The notes under the pieces: generated by a model
What the model was told of the DNA's origin: nothing
Databases searched by the model: none
Seen by the model: the letters and a program-made list of their open reading frames with translations, nothing else
Source of the DNA: Podarcis bocagei
Lineage: Eukaryota
Length of the DNA stretch: 64,000 nucleotides
Assembly (NCBI GenBank): GCA_964188305.1
Contig: OZ076895.1
Reading direction: 5' to 3' (one strand)
Part shown: one piece after another, positions 27,442 through 40,100 of the stretch
Numbering within the stretch: the stretch's first letter is position 1
Layout: each line of letters begins with the position of its first letter
Made by a program: the position numbers and the translations under genes

Positions 27442-28360
27442 CAGTGGTGCCTCGCAAGACGAAATTAATTCGTTCCGCAAGTTTTTTCTTCTTGCGAGTT
27501 TTTCGTCTTGCGATGCACGGTTTCCCATAGGAATGCATTGAAAATCAATTAATGCGTTCCTAGGGAAACCGACTTCAGACCAGGTCCGGGGACAGTCTGT
27601 CCCCCGACCTCTTCTGAAGGCTGGGGGGGGGGGACAAGGGCTTTTCTTCCCACCCCCAGCATTTTAAAAAACCCCGGGACAGCGGAGGGCTTCTCCGCTG
27701 TCCGGGGCGATTTAAAAGCCCCTGGGAAGGCAGGCAGGGGGGACAAAGACTTTTGCCCCCCGCCAGCCTTCAGAAGAGGTCCTGGACCTCTTCTGAAGGC
27801 TGGCGGGGGCGAAAGTCTTTGCTCCCCCCCTGCCTTCAAAAGCTGTCCGGCCAAGGCTTCGCGGACCTCTCCGCCAGCAGCGGCAGCGCTGGCGCTGCTG
27901 GCGGAGAGTGGCCGGCATGCCGAAGCCTGCGCGCGCTGACATCAGCGCGCCCAGGCTTTGCGGACCTCTCCGCCAGCAGCGGCAGCGCTGCCGCTGCTGG
28001 CGGAGAGTGGCCGGCATGCCGAAGCCTGCGCGCGTTGACATCAGCGCGCCCAGGCTTCGCGGACCTCTCCGCCAGCAGCGGCAGCGCTGCCGCTGCTGGC
28101 GGAAAATGCTGGCGCTGGGGAGCAAAGCCTTTCGGCCCCCGCCAGCCTTCCTGGACCTCTTCTGAAGGCCGGAGGGGGGGAAGGCTTTGCTCCCCACCGC
28201 TAGCATTTAAAAGAGGTCCCCGGAGATTTCCCTATGGGCTTTCGTCTTGCGAAGCAAGCCCATAGGGAAATTCGTTTTGCGAAGCGCCTCCAAAATGGAA
28301 AACCCTTTCGTCTAGCGGGTTTTCCGTCTTGCGAGGCGTTCGTCTTGCGGGGTACCACTG
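27442..28360. mobile_element. Tigger-like non-autonomous element (919 bp) with internal palindromic 99-bp minisatellite
   Basis: TA-CAGTGGTGCCTCGCAAGACGAA...TTCGTCTTGCGGGGTACCACTG-TA. Confidence 0.87.
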
Positions 28361-28472
28361 TACCTGCAGAAGTTGGTAGAATGAAGCTTTGGGGAGTGAC
28401 ACAAAACCATGCAGTATAAAAAGTCATAGCTATTTAAATTACTTTGCTTTAATGCACTCATTTATTCTAATA

Positions 28473-28775
28473 TAAAGGTAAAGGGACCCCTGACCATTAG
28501 GTCCAGTCGTGGCCGGCTTTGGGGTTGTGGCGCTCATTTCGCTTTATCGGCCAAGGGAGCCGGCGTACAGCTTCCAGGTCATGTGGCCAGCATGACTAAG
28601 CCGCTTCTGGCAAACCAGAGCAGTGCACAGAAACGCCGTTTACCTTCCCACTGGAGCGGTACCTATTTATCTACTTGCACTTTGACGTGCTTTCGAACTG
28701 CTAGGTTGGCAGGAGCAGGGACCGAGAAATGGGAGCTCACCCCGTTGCGGGGATTCGAACCACTGACCTTCTGAC
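28473..28775 (-). mobile_element. Sauria SINE, 5'-truncated
   Basis: Colinear with 41281-41585; B box present. Confidence 0.88.
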
Positions 28776-28830
28776 CTATTGATGTATGCTTCTAATGATG
28801 AATTCATTTTGGTAGGAGAGTACTACTTAC

Positions 28831-28953
28831 TTCACTAAATCTAATCTATTGTTGATTGCAGCCCAGTGAAGAAGTGTAACATTTTCTTTATCTGGTTGCC
28901 GTACATCATAGCCCGCTTCCACCAACTCTCGACAACGTTCATAAATTCCATAC
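28831..28953 (-). CDS. ZDHHC17: ZDHHC17 exon 3 ([41 protein letters not shown]), ankyrin repeat
   Basis: 123 bp, AG/GTAAGT boundaries, manual translation. Confidence 0.97.
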
Positions 28954-29721
28954 CTAGACAAAAGATTCAATTATGATAATCAGATATTTTGGACAAATAA
29001 AGACAAAGCAGATTTGAATCCTAATATCTTATTTTATATATACTGCGACTGTGATTTTAAAAACATAGGACACAATCTATAAAAAATACCAGTGTGTCCC
29101 CATGGAGCTCAGTTACTTTATTTTCCTTCCTCAGATGTTCCTTGATGCGAGCTGTAGTTTATTCACAATCTACCCTTCACATACTTCCAAGGTCCCAGAT
29201 GTCAAGTTGTGCTTGCCCTTCACAATCAATTATTTCAATCAAAACTGAATACATTTTCAGTACTAAAACCAAGGTGAGGCCAAATTTGTTGGTCATATTA
29301 ATCACAGTAAGAATGTATATTTTATGATACTGTTGCAAGCCTTGCATTTTACTGTTTCTAAATACTTAAGCAAATGGAGTAAGATCTAATTAAGTCATAC
29401 CTGGAGTAAACCTACTGAAATAAGTGAAAATTTACCTGCCCATTGATTTCAATAGTTCTACTCCAAGTAGGACAAACACTGGATATCACCCATGATTAAT
29501 TACTAAAGCCAAAATTGTGTATTGTCAAAACCCATTTGATTCAATGGCAGGTGGGATTGCCAAAGTCATTTCCCCCCAAACCCCACCCTCTTTCTTTTCT
29601 TCTTTTTTGCCACTCAGATAACGTTGAATGTGCACAAGTTAAATGCATGCAAGTTGTAGGCTTACTGTACCACACTTTAAGTATCCTAACTTATTACAGT
29701 GTCTTGTAAGACTCCATACTA

Positions 29722-29942
29722 CAGTGGTACCTTGGGTTAAGAACTTAATTCGTTTTGGAGGTCCGTTCTTAACCTGAAACTGTTCTTAACCTGAGGTACC
29801 ACTTTAGCTAATGAGGCCGCCGCATGATTTCTGTTCTCATCCTTAAGCAAAGTTCTTAACCCGAGGTACTATTTCTGGGTTAGTGAAGTCTATAACCTGA
29901 AGCATCTGTAACCTGAAGCGTCTGTAACCCGAGGTACCACTG
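29722..29942. mobile_element. Tigger-like MITE (family A) copy 1
   Basis: TA-CAGTGGTACC...GGTACCACTG-TA. Confidence 0.88.
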
Positions 29943-31331
29943 TACTTCCGCAGTTTAGACAAAATGGTTTTCAGGTTTACTTTTACACATACAAATGCAA
30001 AATTGAGGTTTACCTTGCATAACTAAAGCAAAAGTAACATAAACCTTCAATCTACTATACATCATTAATTTTGGGCTTTACTGTTAACTAAATGCACAAT
30101 CTTAGCTTGTTCAGGGACAGCAGAGAAGAAAATTAGTGTTCAGATATTAAAACACTGTAGCTATTTTTAGGCAAAACATTAGCTGGTGCTCACTTCCACA
30201 TTTCTCTTAAGTATGAAACAGCTTTTACTAATATCCTAAGGTAAAACACTATCATCGCCATTTATATTTGCATGAAATCTTTTTTCCAGCTGTTATCCAG
30301 TTTAACTTACAACCTGAAACTGGATCTTGGGAACAGAAGGGAGATAATTCCTCTTCAATTTTATCTCATTTTGCTCTCTAAGTTATCACATTTGTAAGAC
30401 AAACACCTTTATTCTAGTATTACAGCTATGGGAAGAACAATGCATACTCTGCATGACCGTGATTCTATTAAGTAAATCTTAACACTAGACTGTGAAGAGG
30501 GGGGAAATATAGAAGAGATTAAATACAAATTCCTCTTCTCTTGGCACTTCCATTATTAAAACTACTGTTGGTGGCTCTCTACATAGGTACCTGCTTGAAT
30601 GAAGAGATATGATTCAAGTTAAGTATAATCTGAGAAATGAGAGAAGGCAGAAAAATAGCTACATCAATCAAGGTGTACTGTTTCCATGGTGTAGTGCAGG
30701 GGTCACCAATGTATCACCTACAAGCACCAGTGTGTCTGCCAATACTTCCTGTGTCTGCAAAAGGTAAATGTCTTCTCAAAACTCCACAATGCACAAGTGA
30801 CTGTTTGCTCTTCCTTTGTTTTCGCTTGTGCTGGGTTAGTCTCTCCTACACTGAACACAGCCCCTTAAACATGTCCACATTTCAGTGGATACCAGGATTG
30901 GACACCCACCCTCCCATCTTCCTACTTTCTCACTTTAACAATTGGTAGCAACAGCTGCAGCATTAGGAGAGTAACAGGGCAAAAGCATATATTGTAGTAA
31001 TGGCTGCTGTCTTTGCAGTGTTAAGTAGCTGGCAGGAAGAGGGTAGTAGGGCTGGCAAACAGAGGACTGGTGAAATGTAACTGGGCAAATATACTCTGTG
31101 ATGCTCTTATTCTAATTATTTTAACACTCACATTATTGGATTCTTAAACTGAAGCTACAGACAAACAAGACTGAAGTGTGTTTGCATATGCATTCTTTCC
31201 TCCACAGACTTTTCAAGATGTACCAGTCCAAAATTGCTGTTCCGTTCCTCAAAATCTTTATGCAGACATTTTCAGAGAATTGTTTTCCACATGGTGCCAA
31301 AATAGACAAGCTGTCAAATAAACCCACTTAC

Positions 31332-31435
31332 TGTGTAGCTTTGACGATATCCCATGTGCTATAATCATCAATGTGACTTTTGCGCCCAAGAGATTCACTG
31401 TATCCATGGGTATAATGTGCTTGGGGCTTGATTTC
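31332..31435 (-). CDS. ZDHHC17: ZDHHC17 exon 2 (EIKPQAHYTHGYSESLGRKSHIDDYSTWDIVKATQ)
   Basis: 104 bp, flanked by AG and GTAAG, in phase with exons 1 and 3. Confidence 0.96.
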
Positions 31436-33276
31436 CTACAAAAAGAAGTTCATTACACTATTAGATTCATTTTAAGATTTCTAAAACAGAAGAAAAGCTC
31501 TGCTGCATCAGGCAATTGGCCCATCCATTCCAGCATGCTGATTCCCCAGAGTGGTTGCAGCGAACCCCCTCTTAACTACAGGCTAATTTATCGTTATTTA
31601 AAGTCTGGAACTTGGAGACTTGGGGAAGTTAAGCAAGAAAAAGATTTTGTTTTAGAACAAAACTGGTAAAACATAAAGTGTGCCAGGAGATAGAATTTTA
31701 TCAAGAAACAGTTAAACTTATGCTGTATATCTTAAATTCAGGGGATGTTACAGACTTCAAAGCAAGGTGGTAAATGCACAGTTTCTTCAGCTAATTATAT
31801 AGGCGTTACTCCTAATACTTGGGTTCCTAAACAAGGTGGTTCTTTATTTGAGTTTCCCAGTCTTCTTTAAATCACACTCCTGAGGCTTCTCTAAGAGTAT
31901 AACAGACCAAGGGATCACCACACCCCTCCAACTGATTTGGGATTCTTCTCTTTCTCTATCCCCTTCTTACTGAATGGAGAAAAGCTGAGCTACGGAACTC
32001 CTTGCCATGAGGAAAAGACTATGACAAAGCAATATCCAAAGATGGATTAGATATCAGTACAAAATGGTGCCAGTAATTCTCAACTGATTATGCCACATTC
32101 TGCTTCCATCTGCCATTACGTTGAGACTGGCTGTGTCACTGCACCACCATTTTGTGACTGGTGGGCATCAGCAATTTTCAGCCAACTCTAGTGGGCCCCA
32201 GACAACCCCTGACTTGAAAGAATTATTTCAACAATTCTATGTTGATTTCAGTGCAGTTTATACTATTTAAGGCATTTGTTTCTAAATAGCAACCTGTGCT
32301 AATTACGAGAGAGTAAATAAGGTATATATGAACAATCTGCAAGTGTTGACATTTGACAGAAAATGGATTTAGATTTAACAGATGCACTAGCTTCTTGGGG
32401 GGGGGGGTCAAAAAATCGACAGTTGGGAAATGTCACAAAAGTATGGCAAGTTTTCAAGTTCTCTGTGAACTCTTCCATCAGGCTAGATGTCACACAAAGC
32501 AGGGAGTATGGCAAGTTAAAAGCTTGTTACACGTGTGTGACTTTTCGGTTTGTCCTAATAAATATACTGTCTAACTCAGTAAGATAGCCCAACTTCTGCT
32601 GCTGTTGGATAATTTAGAAGGGTGCCTGGCAGTTGAATTATTTGGCAAGAATCTCTTCATTTCAAACCCTGTTATAGATGATAACCAATCCTTCAGGATG
32701 AGAAATCCATCTAATGTCTAGTAACAAACATTCAAATTCAGTTGGGAGAAGCGGCAACTGTAAAGCAGACAGCATATTGCAAGTACTAAAGGAACATCTT
32801 GATTCCACCTCCTAAGGAAATGGAAAAACACTGCATCATTGCTTTTATTTTTTTATCCAGAGCACCAAGAATAACTCAATCTACTATAATTCCAAGATCT
32901 TCTTTCCCTTGCTGGTGACCACAAAAAGTGACACTAATCAATACATTATTGCATTAAGCCTATTAGATACGAAGTGCCACTAGCCAGAGTTGTGGCTACT
33001 ACCTTTCTAACAGTATAGCAGCTGCGTATGTAAACTCTTCCTCCTCTTCCAGTGCATTGGATGCCCAGAGAACAGCTACCACAACTAGCACATCCCAAAC
33101 ACTTCCAACAAAGCAGGGTGTGTGGGAAAGTGTACAAAGAACACTGAGCTAAGGAGCTCTCACAGTCACCATCAATGCGTGTTGGAGTAGAAGTGAAAAG
33201 AAGAGGAAGGAAAGGCTTGCCCTGGCCAGCTACTGCTAGGAAGGTGCTAAGCATGCAAGCACCCTCTGCCTTCTTG

Positions 33277-33500
33277 TAGTTGTACCTTGGAAGCCGAACA
33301 GAATCTGTTCCGGAAGACCATTCGACTTCCAAAACGTTTGATTTCCAAGGCACGGCTTCCGATTGGAAGCCGTGGAAGCCCCACCGGACATTTGGCTTCC
33401 AAAAGAATGTTCGCAAACCGGAACACTCACTTCCAGGTTTGTGGAGTTCAGGAGCCAAAACGTTTGACTGCTAAGGTGTTTGTCAACCAAGGTATGACTG
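33277..33500. mobile_element. Tigger/pogo-like MITE (family B)
   Basis: TAGTTGTACCTTGG...CCAAGGTATGACTG then TA; internal similarity to 6110-6359. Confidence 0.78.
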
Positions 33501-33906
33501 TATTTCCCCACAGTCCAAAGACAGTGAGGTGGAATCAAAACTGATATGTACATCAATCAAAATGGAAGGTAGTTGCATGCAAATATGTGGAAAAGTCAAC
33601 CAGACTGCAAGCAGGAAACAGTGGCTCAGTTTGCATGTCATTATGAAATAAAGTTAATCATTTATTAGGAACGCGCTGATTTCACCTGCTTTGCTCCTCC
33701 TCACTAGCATGACAAACAAACCACAATTTTTGGCTTAGCAGTACATCTGATTCAAAGATTGTGGCTTGTTTTGCTTAAATAATAATTTCTTGCGTATTTA
33801 GTAAAATCCACAAACTTCTTTTTTAACACATTTACAGTTTAATGTGACATTTGAACAAAGCCAGTAGTTAAGAGTTTTGTTTTAGCTTACAAAGTTAACG
33901 TTAAGG

Positions 33907-34042
33907 CAGGCTTGCTCAAACTTGGTCCTCCAGATGTTTTTGGCCTACAACTCCCATGATCCTTAGCTAGCAGGACCAGTTGTCAGGGATGATGGGAACT
34001 GTAGTCTCAAAACATTTGAAGGGCCGAGATTGAGGAAGCCTG
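33907..34042. mobile_element. Short hAT MITE (CTACAACTCCCA type)
   Basis: CAGGCTT...AAGCCTG termini; TSD CGTTAAGG/CGTTAAGA (7/8). Confidence 0.8.
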
Positions 34043-34444
34043 CGTTAAGACTTTCAAAGACACCCCTTTTAATTATAATTATTTATTTGGGGGTTTTTTT
34101 ATTGTTAGTCAATGTTCTGTTAGAAATGTTCGGAGGCCTATTTGGTTATTGGGTGAGATACAAATATAATAGTGGATTGTAACTGCTAGAGAAAGGTCAC
34201 CACTGGAAAGCACCTCAGCTTGGGTAAGTCAGGGCACCTGTCCCCCCCCCCCATTCCCCTTATTAACTGCAGGCTATGCTGCAGTTAATACACTCTTCAA
34301 CAGTATGGAATACAGTAGAGAAAGGTGCAGTAGATGTGGCCGGTGGTGGCGGTGGAGGCAGAGAGATCACTGAAAATTGGATGACATGCACTGCATAAAC
34401 AATTTCCACTAGTGCAAAGCCACAATGGATGTAACCCAATTGGC

Positions 34445-34585
34445 TACAGTTCAGCGGCCAATCACATGCTTTGCAAGCAAAAGGTCTCAGGTCTAATCCC
34501 TGGCCTAGAATCTCCATGTAAGGTTGGGGAAATATTTCTGTCCGATGGACCAGTGGTCTGACTTGGTATAAGGCAGCTTCTTATA
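34445..34585 (+). mobile_element. Degenerate tRNA-derived squamate SINE
   Basis: ...GATGGACCAGTGGTCTGACTTGGTATAAGGCAGCTTC tail; boundaries approximate. Confidence 0.55.
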
Positions 34586-34599
34586 TCCCAAACCCAGTA

Positions 34600-34808
34600 C
34601 AGTGGTACCTCGGGTTAAGCACTGAATTCGTTCTGGAGGTCTGTTCTTAACCTGAAACACCACTTTAGCTAATGCGGCCTCCCGCTGCCGCCGTGCCGCT
34701 GCTGCGCAATTTCTGTTCTCATCCTGAAGCAAAGTTCTTAACCCGAGGTAGTATTTCTGGGTTAGTACAGTCTGTAACCTGAAGCGTATGTAACCCGAGG
34801 TACCACTG
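34600..34808. mobile_element. Tigger-like MITE (family A) copy 2
   Basis: Same TIRs, TA TSD. Confidence 0.88.
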
Positions 34809-35643
34809 TATACTGACTCGAACAATGTACTCCAATGCTTTGCTGTGGTTACGCACAAATTATTACTCCTACTACCAATTATTTTTGTTTAACTAACAAT
34901 TGTTTTCAGTTTGATTACAGTTATTTATCAGTTTACAAACTTGGCCAATTATTTTGAAAGATGGAATATGCTATTTAAAAATAACTGACTACATGTGTGT
35001 AACATGGGCAAAAGGACTTTAGACTGATATTCTGTGAGTGCTAGCTTTGAATAGAGAAGAGAATATGCTAGAGATTCTTGGCTGTTTCTTTTCTGCAGGA
35101 GAAAGTTTGTGCCATTATAAATATAAAAACTAAATTGTTAACTGCAGAAACAAGAAGCACAATGTTTGAAACAATTTGTGAAAGCAAACAGCACTAACAA
35201 ATTGCATTTTTTCAGATATTCAAAAATAATTCTCACAAACTAATAGAAAACAACAGGGGAATTTTATTCAGCAAGAATCAGTCATTTAACTAACTGATTA
35301 ATCCTGCAGATTCTCCAATATGCTTATGCTGTTTTTACATAACAAAGGAATGGACAGATGCATGATCAGAGCTTTTAATCCAAACACTGCATTTGGAGGT
35401 CAGAAAGATCATGTGATTTCATACACAGCTGGCATAGAATAAGCTGTCACTTTTTTTTTTAATGGACCATTTAGATTAGTTAAATTTTACTCATTCAAGC
35501 TGAAATACACATGCATTAAAATCAATGGGAGTTTTTGCTCTATTGACTTCACCAGTCCGTAGAATCTGCTATGTCAATCTATGTTTTTTTAAGAAGTATT
35601 AAAAGGGTCAAGTATTCTTGTCAAACTGTTTTTCTATACTTAC

Positions 35644-36051
35644 TGTCAGGGAACTGCCATCAGAGCATCAGGTGGTGGAGGGACTCAGGCAGGATGAAAG
35701 AGACTCAACTGCTGAAGCAGGGACCAGCAGGGGGAGGAGTGGGTCTCTGAGGGAATGCGAGCAGGAGGGAGGGCTCAGGGAGGCTTCCAGCGAGAACAGT
35801 GGTGAGGTATCGGAGTCTCCCATAGGGAGACCCATACCTCGCAGGAAACTGTCACGCCGTGAGTCCAGGAGACGCGTTTCCGTTAAGGAACTTCTTTGCT
35901 GGAAACGCTTCCGCAGACAGCCACTGTCGGACTCTACTAGTGACTAGAGCAGACATGTCTGAGGAGCTCCGTCACACACGGAGGTTTGTGGGGGCGCACA
36001 AACTCTGAGGGAGCACGTTTTCACGCACAAGCAGCTAATCAAACCCTCACA
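35644..36051 (+). repeat. 5' LTR (408 bp)
   Basis: Direct repeat of 40706-41113; no differences found by eye. Confidence 0.96.
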
Positions 36052-36053
36052 GC

Positions 36054-36064
36054 AGTCCGACAGT
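36054..36064 (+). promoter_or_regulatory. Self-priming primer-binding site (AGTCCGACAGT), complementary to LTR 35923-35933
   Basis: Starts after a 2-nt spacer following the 5' LTR. No TGG tRNA-type PBS. Perfect 11-bp complement of ACTGTCGGACT inside the LTR. Confidence 0.8.
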
Positions 36065-36096
36065 CTTTGTACGCTGCCTGTGCAAGAGAAGGCATC

Positions 36097-37110
36097 ATGA
36101 GCGAACCAACCGGAACCGGAGGAGCAGGGGCTGGAGCTGGTCCAAGCTTGGAAGATAGATACCGAGCGTTGGAGGTTCAACTGGCCCTGCAGACGGCGAG
36201 GCTGGAGGAGAGAAGGGCTCAGGATGCAGACAAGAAGGGGAGAGCCACTCAATTCCCCAGAAAGGTACCAGGATTGGTACAGAAATTTGGGGGGGACCCC
36301 AAGGACTACCATGCTTTTAGGACAGAGATGCAATATGCCCTTAATGTGCAGTTCGATGAGTTCCCTGATGAGGAATCGCGAGTTGCTTTTGTAATTGGGC
36401 ATCTTGAGAAAGGGGCTAGAGACTGGGTTCGACCCCTAATGGCAACGCACAATGACATACTAAAGGACACAATGAAGTTCTTTCGTGCAATGGATATCAT
36501 GTTTTCCAGCGATATTGAGGAAGGGGTGGTGCGCAGACAGCTAATGGCTTGTAAGCAGGGGAGTCGATCTGTCCGTGAATATTGGACTGAGTTTACCATG
36601 CTGATTCACAGACTGAGTTGGGATTTATCGGCGGCACCCGTTCAAATGCTATTTGAAGAAGGTCTTTCTTCGGGGGTGAAAGACGAGCTGGCACGGAGCC
36701 CCAGGGCGGAGTCTATGGATCAGCTGACCAAATCTGCGCTGACCATAGGAGCGCGGCAGGAGGCAAGAGCCTTGGAGAGGCGGGAAGGGAGAGGGGAACG
36801 TTGGAAGGAGTTCCGCATTCCAGACATTCCTGAGCCAGCTTTCCCGCCGGCAGAGCCGATGGAAATCGGAACAGCGCGCGCGCGCGCATTTTCAAAAACC
36901 AGCGAGGGAGCTAAGAAGGAGGGAAAGGGCCCCCGGAAATGCTATCTCTGCCAACAGCCAGGCCACTTTGCCAGAGTCTGCCCCCAGAGGAAGGAATGGC
37001 AAGGGATGGTGGGAGCTGTTGAGGGGGGAGAAGAAGGGGGAGCGGAGCAGGTAAAAGCCAACGCCTGGTTGCCACAATTGGGGCACTGCAGCCAGGCCAA
37101 AGAGCAGTGA
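36097..37110 (+). CDS. gag: Gag (337 aa from first ATG): capsid plus CCHC zinc knuckle, PEG10/sushi-like
   Basis: KFGGDPKDYHAF capsid segment, EPMEIG motif, CYLCQQPGHFARVC knuckle. Confidence 0.92.
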   Translation: MSEPTGTGGAGAGAGPSLEDRYRALEVQLALQTARLEERRAQDADKKGRATQFPRKVPGLVQKFGGDPKDYHAFRTEMQYALNVQFDEFPDEESRVAFVIGHLEKGARDWVRPLMATHNDILKDTMKFFRAMDIMFSSDIEEGVVRRQLMACKQGSRSVREYWTEFTMLIHRLSWDLSAAPVQMLFEEGLSSGVKDELARSPRAESMDQLTKSALTIGARQEARALERREGRGERWKEFRIPDIPEPAFPPAEPMEIGTARARAFSKTSEGAKKEGKGPRKCYLCQQPGHFARVCPQRKEWQGMVGAVEGGEEGGAEQVKANAWLPQLGHCSQAKEQ

Positions 37111-37118
37111 AAGTGCCC
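37050..37118 (+). promoter_or_regulatory. -1 programmed ribosomal frameshift signal: G_GTA_AAA, 6-nt spacer, H-type pseudoknot
   Basis: Stem 1 pairs 37063-37072 with 37088-37097. Stem 2 pairs 37081-37087 with 37112-37118. Confidence 0.78.
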
Positions 37119-40100
37119 GTGCCAGAAGCTCCTCGACCTGCTCTAGTGATTGAAGTGTCGCTAGAGCTGCAGAATGGGCATCCCCTAAAAATAAAGGCGC
37201 TATTGGACTCAGGCAGCTCCTGCAATTTTATGAGCAAGGAGTTTGCTGCTGAACACCAGATACAGACCATCCCTTTAAGCAACCCCCTGCAGGTGACCAC
37301 GATTGATGGCAGGGAGTTGTTGGGAGGAGGAGTCCGCTTGCAGACTGTCCCAATGATAATGAGGGTGGCAAGGCACACAGAACTGATAGCGTTTAATGTG
37401 GCCACCCTGGGAGGCGCTCCCATTATTTTGGGAATGAGCTGGCTAGCTCTACATGATCCGCTGGTTGGCTGGCATCAAAGAGTGGTGTCCTTTGGTTCAG
37501 CACATTGCCTAGAACACTGCAAAGGGGAGAAGGGTTCAGTAGGGGCCCAAGCCACCCTAGCAGGGACTGAAGTAATGGGGAAGGTGAAGGTACCACCACA
37601 GTATGCAGATCTCAGCGACGTGTTCAGCGAGAAGGAAGCTGACCAACTACCACCTCATAGACCCTTTGATTGTCAGATCAATTTACTCCCTGGAGCACAG
37701 CTTCCCGTGGGCAAGTTGTATGCCATGTCAGACAGGGAAATGCAGGAGTTGCGAGGGTTCATTGACAAGAACCTGAAGAGAGGCTTCATCAGAGAGTCCA
37801 AAGCAGCAGGGGGGAGCCCAGTGTTCTTTGTGGACAAAAAAAATGCGGACAAGCCGAGACTTGTATGTGATTTTAGGCGGCTGAATGCAGTGACTGAACC
37901 GGTGGCGTTCCCTATGCCCAGAATTGATGATATTTTGACCATGGTGAGGAAAGGAAAGATTTTCACAAAGCTGGATCTAAGGGGGGCGTACAACCTGATA
38001 CGCATAAGGAAAGGGGATGAATGGAAAACCACCATGTTTACCCCTTTGGGGGCGTTTGAATACCTCGTTATGCCATTTGGATTACAAGCAGGCTCCGCGT
38101 GTTTTCAATCTTTTATGAACCACGTGCTGGGCCCTTTGCTCTACAAGAATTGCGTTGCCTTTCTAGATGATGTGTTGGTGTATTCTGAGAATGAGGAGCA
38201 ACATGTGAGAGACGTCAGAGAAGTGTTGAGCAGACTGCAAGCCAACAGGCTGTGGGTCAAACTGGAGAAGTGTCGGTTCCATACCAAGGAGGTGGAATTC
38301 CTGGGGTACCGCCTGTCAGACAAGGGATTGGCCATGGATCCCGGCAAGGTACAGGCAGTGCTGGAATGGAAAACACCCAAAACCAAGAAGGATGTGCAGA
38401 GGTTCCTAGGGTTTGGAAACTTTTATCGTAAGTTCATCCGCAACTTCGCCCATCTGACGGCGCCCATCACTGACTGTCTCAGCAGTAAGAAGAAGTTTGT
38501 ATGGACGGCGGAGGCGGAGCGAGCGTTTGAGGAACTGAAAAGGGCCTTCGCCTCTGAAGAACAACTTCTGCATGTGGATTTACGAAAGAAGCTAAGGGTT
38601 GAAACAGATGCATCTGACAGAGCCATAGGGGCGGTGCTTCTTCTGCAGCCGGGGAAGGAGGAGTCGGAGTGGCGTCCGTGTGCCTTCTTCTCGCGGAAGC
38701 TGAACAAATCCGAGAGGAACTACACGGTGTACGACCGAGAACTGCTTGCTATTCATGAGGCGTTCCGGAGATGGAGGCATCTGCTAGTTGGTGCACAACA
38801 TAAAGTGCAAGTGTGCACGGACCATAAAAATCTAGAGTACTGGAGAACGGCGCGAGTGCTCAACCAAAGGCAGTTGAGATGGGCCCAAGAGTTCTCCAAA
38901 TTTAACTTTGAGATTTGTTATGTGCCAGGCCCAGAGAATGTTAGGGCGGACGCTCTCTCACGCAAACCTGAATATTTGGAGGGGGAGGGAGCACCCGAAG
39001 AAACCCATATCATTCCAGAGGACCGCTGGGTGTGTGGGGCGACTTTGGTGGGGCAAAGGGAATTGGTAGAGGGTACGGTGCAGGATGCATACGCCCAGGG
39101 GAAACTCAGGGATCTCAGAGGGGAGGAAGACAAACCCGGTGGTTTTGAGGAGAGAAATGGGGCATTGTATTATAAGGGAGCGTTATACATACCTGAAGGG
39201 GAATTGAGGGAGAAAGTACTCAAGCAGCTGCACGATAGCCCCACAGCAGGGCACTTTGGGCAACACAAAACCATGTGGCTGGTTACCAGGGAATTTTGGT
39301 GGCCCAAGGTCAGGGAAGATGTGCGGGAGTATGTGAGAGGGTGTGAACAATGCCAAAGAGCCAAGGGGGAGAGGCAGGCGCCAGCTGGTTTATTAGAACC
39401 ACTGCCCACACCTGAGAGACCGTGGGAAGCAGTGGCAATAGATTTCATGACTGATCTGCCAAGGTCTAGAGGGAAAACAGCCTTCATGGTTGTAGTAGAC
39501 CTGTTAACTAAAATGGCCCACTTCATAGCCTGCTCACATGCGGTTACAGCAGAAGAAACCGCCAAATTGTTTGTAGAGAATGTGTTTAGGTTGCATGGCG
39601 CCCCCTTGAGGGTGGTTTCAGACCGAGGGAAACAATTTACTTCCAGGTTCTGGAGGAAGCTCATGAGCTTACTGCATGTAGAGGTTAATTTCTCGACGGC
39701 CCGTCATCCTGAAACCAACGGGCAGGCGGAAAGAGCAAATGGGGTTCTCCAACAATATTTGAGGTGTTATGTTAATGACAGAGAGAATGATTGGGTGGAG
39801 AAGCTGGCGTTGGCAGAATTTGCCTACAACAATGCAGAGAACGTGTCCACGGGGATGAGCCCCTTTTTGGCTAATCACGGGTGCCATCCCAGAGCCTTCC
39901 CAGGGGGGGAGGGGGAGAACTGGAGCGTTCCAGCTGCGGAACAGTTCGTGGAGGAAATGGAAGCGATCCATCGCCAGCTCCAACTCAACTTAAACAGGGC
40001 TAAGGAGGAATATAAGAGGCAAGCAGACAAAAACAGAAGGGAAGGTGAAAGCATCAGGGTGGGGGACCAGGTGTGGCTGTCAACCCAAGGGTTGCCATTC

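Noticed and set aside
27549-28427. Repetitive 85-170 aa ORFs, or a CRISPR-like array
   Set aside because: GC-rich tandem units inside a MITE with no unique spacers, in a eukaryotic context.
35618-35947. 109-aa ORF at the 5' LTR as a separate gene
   Set aside because: It is the LTR copy of the Pol tail, with no ATG start.
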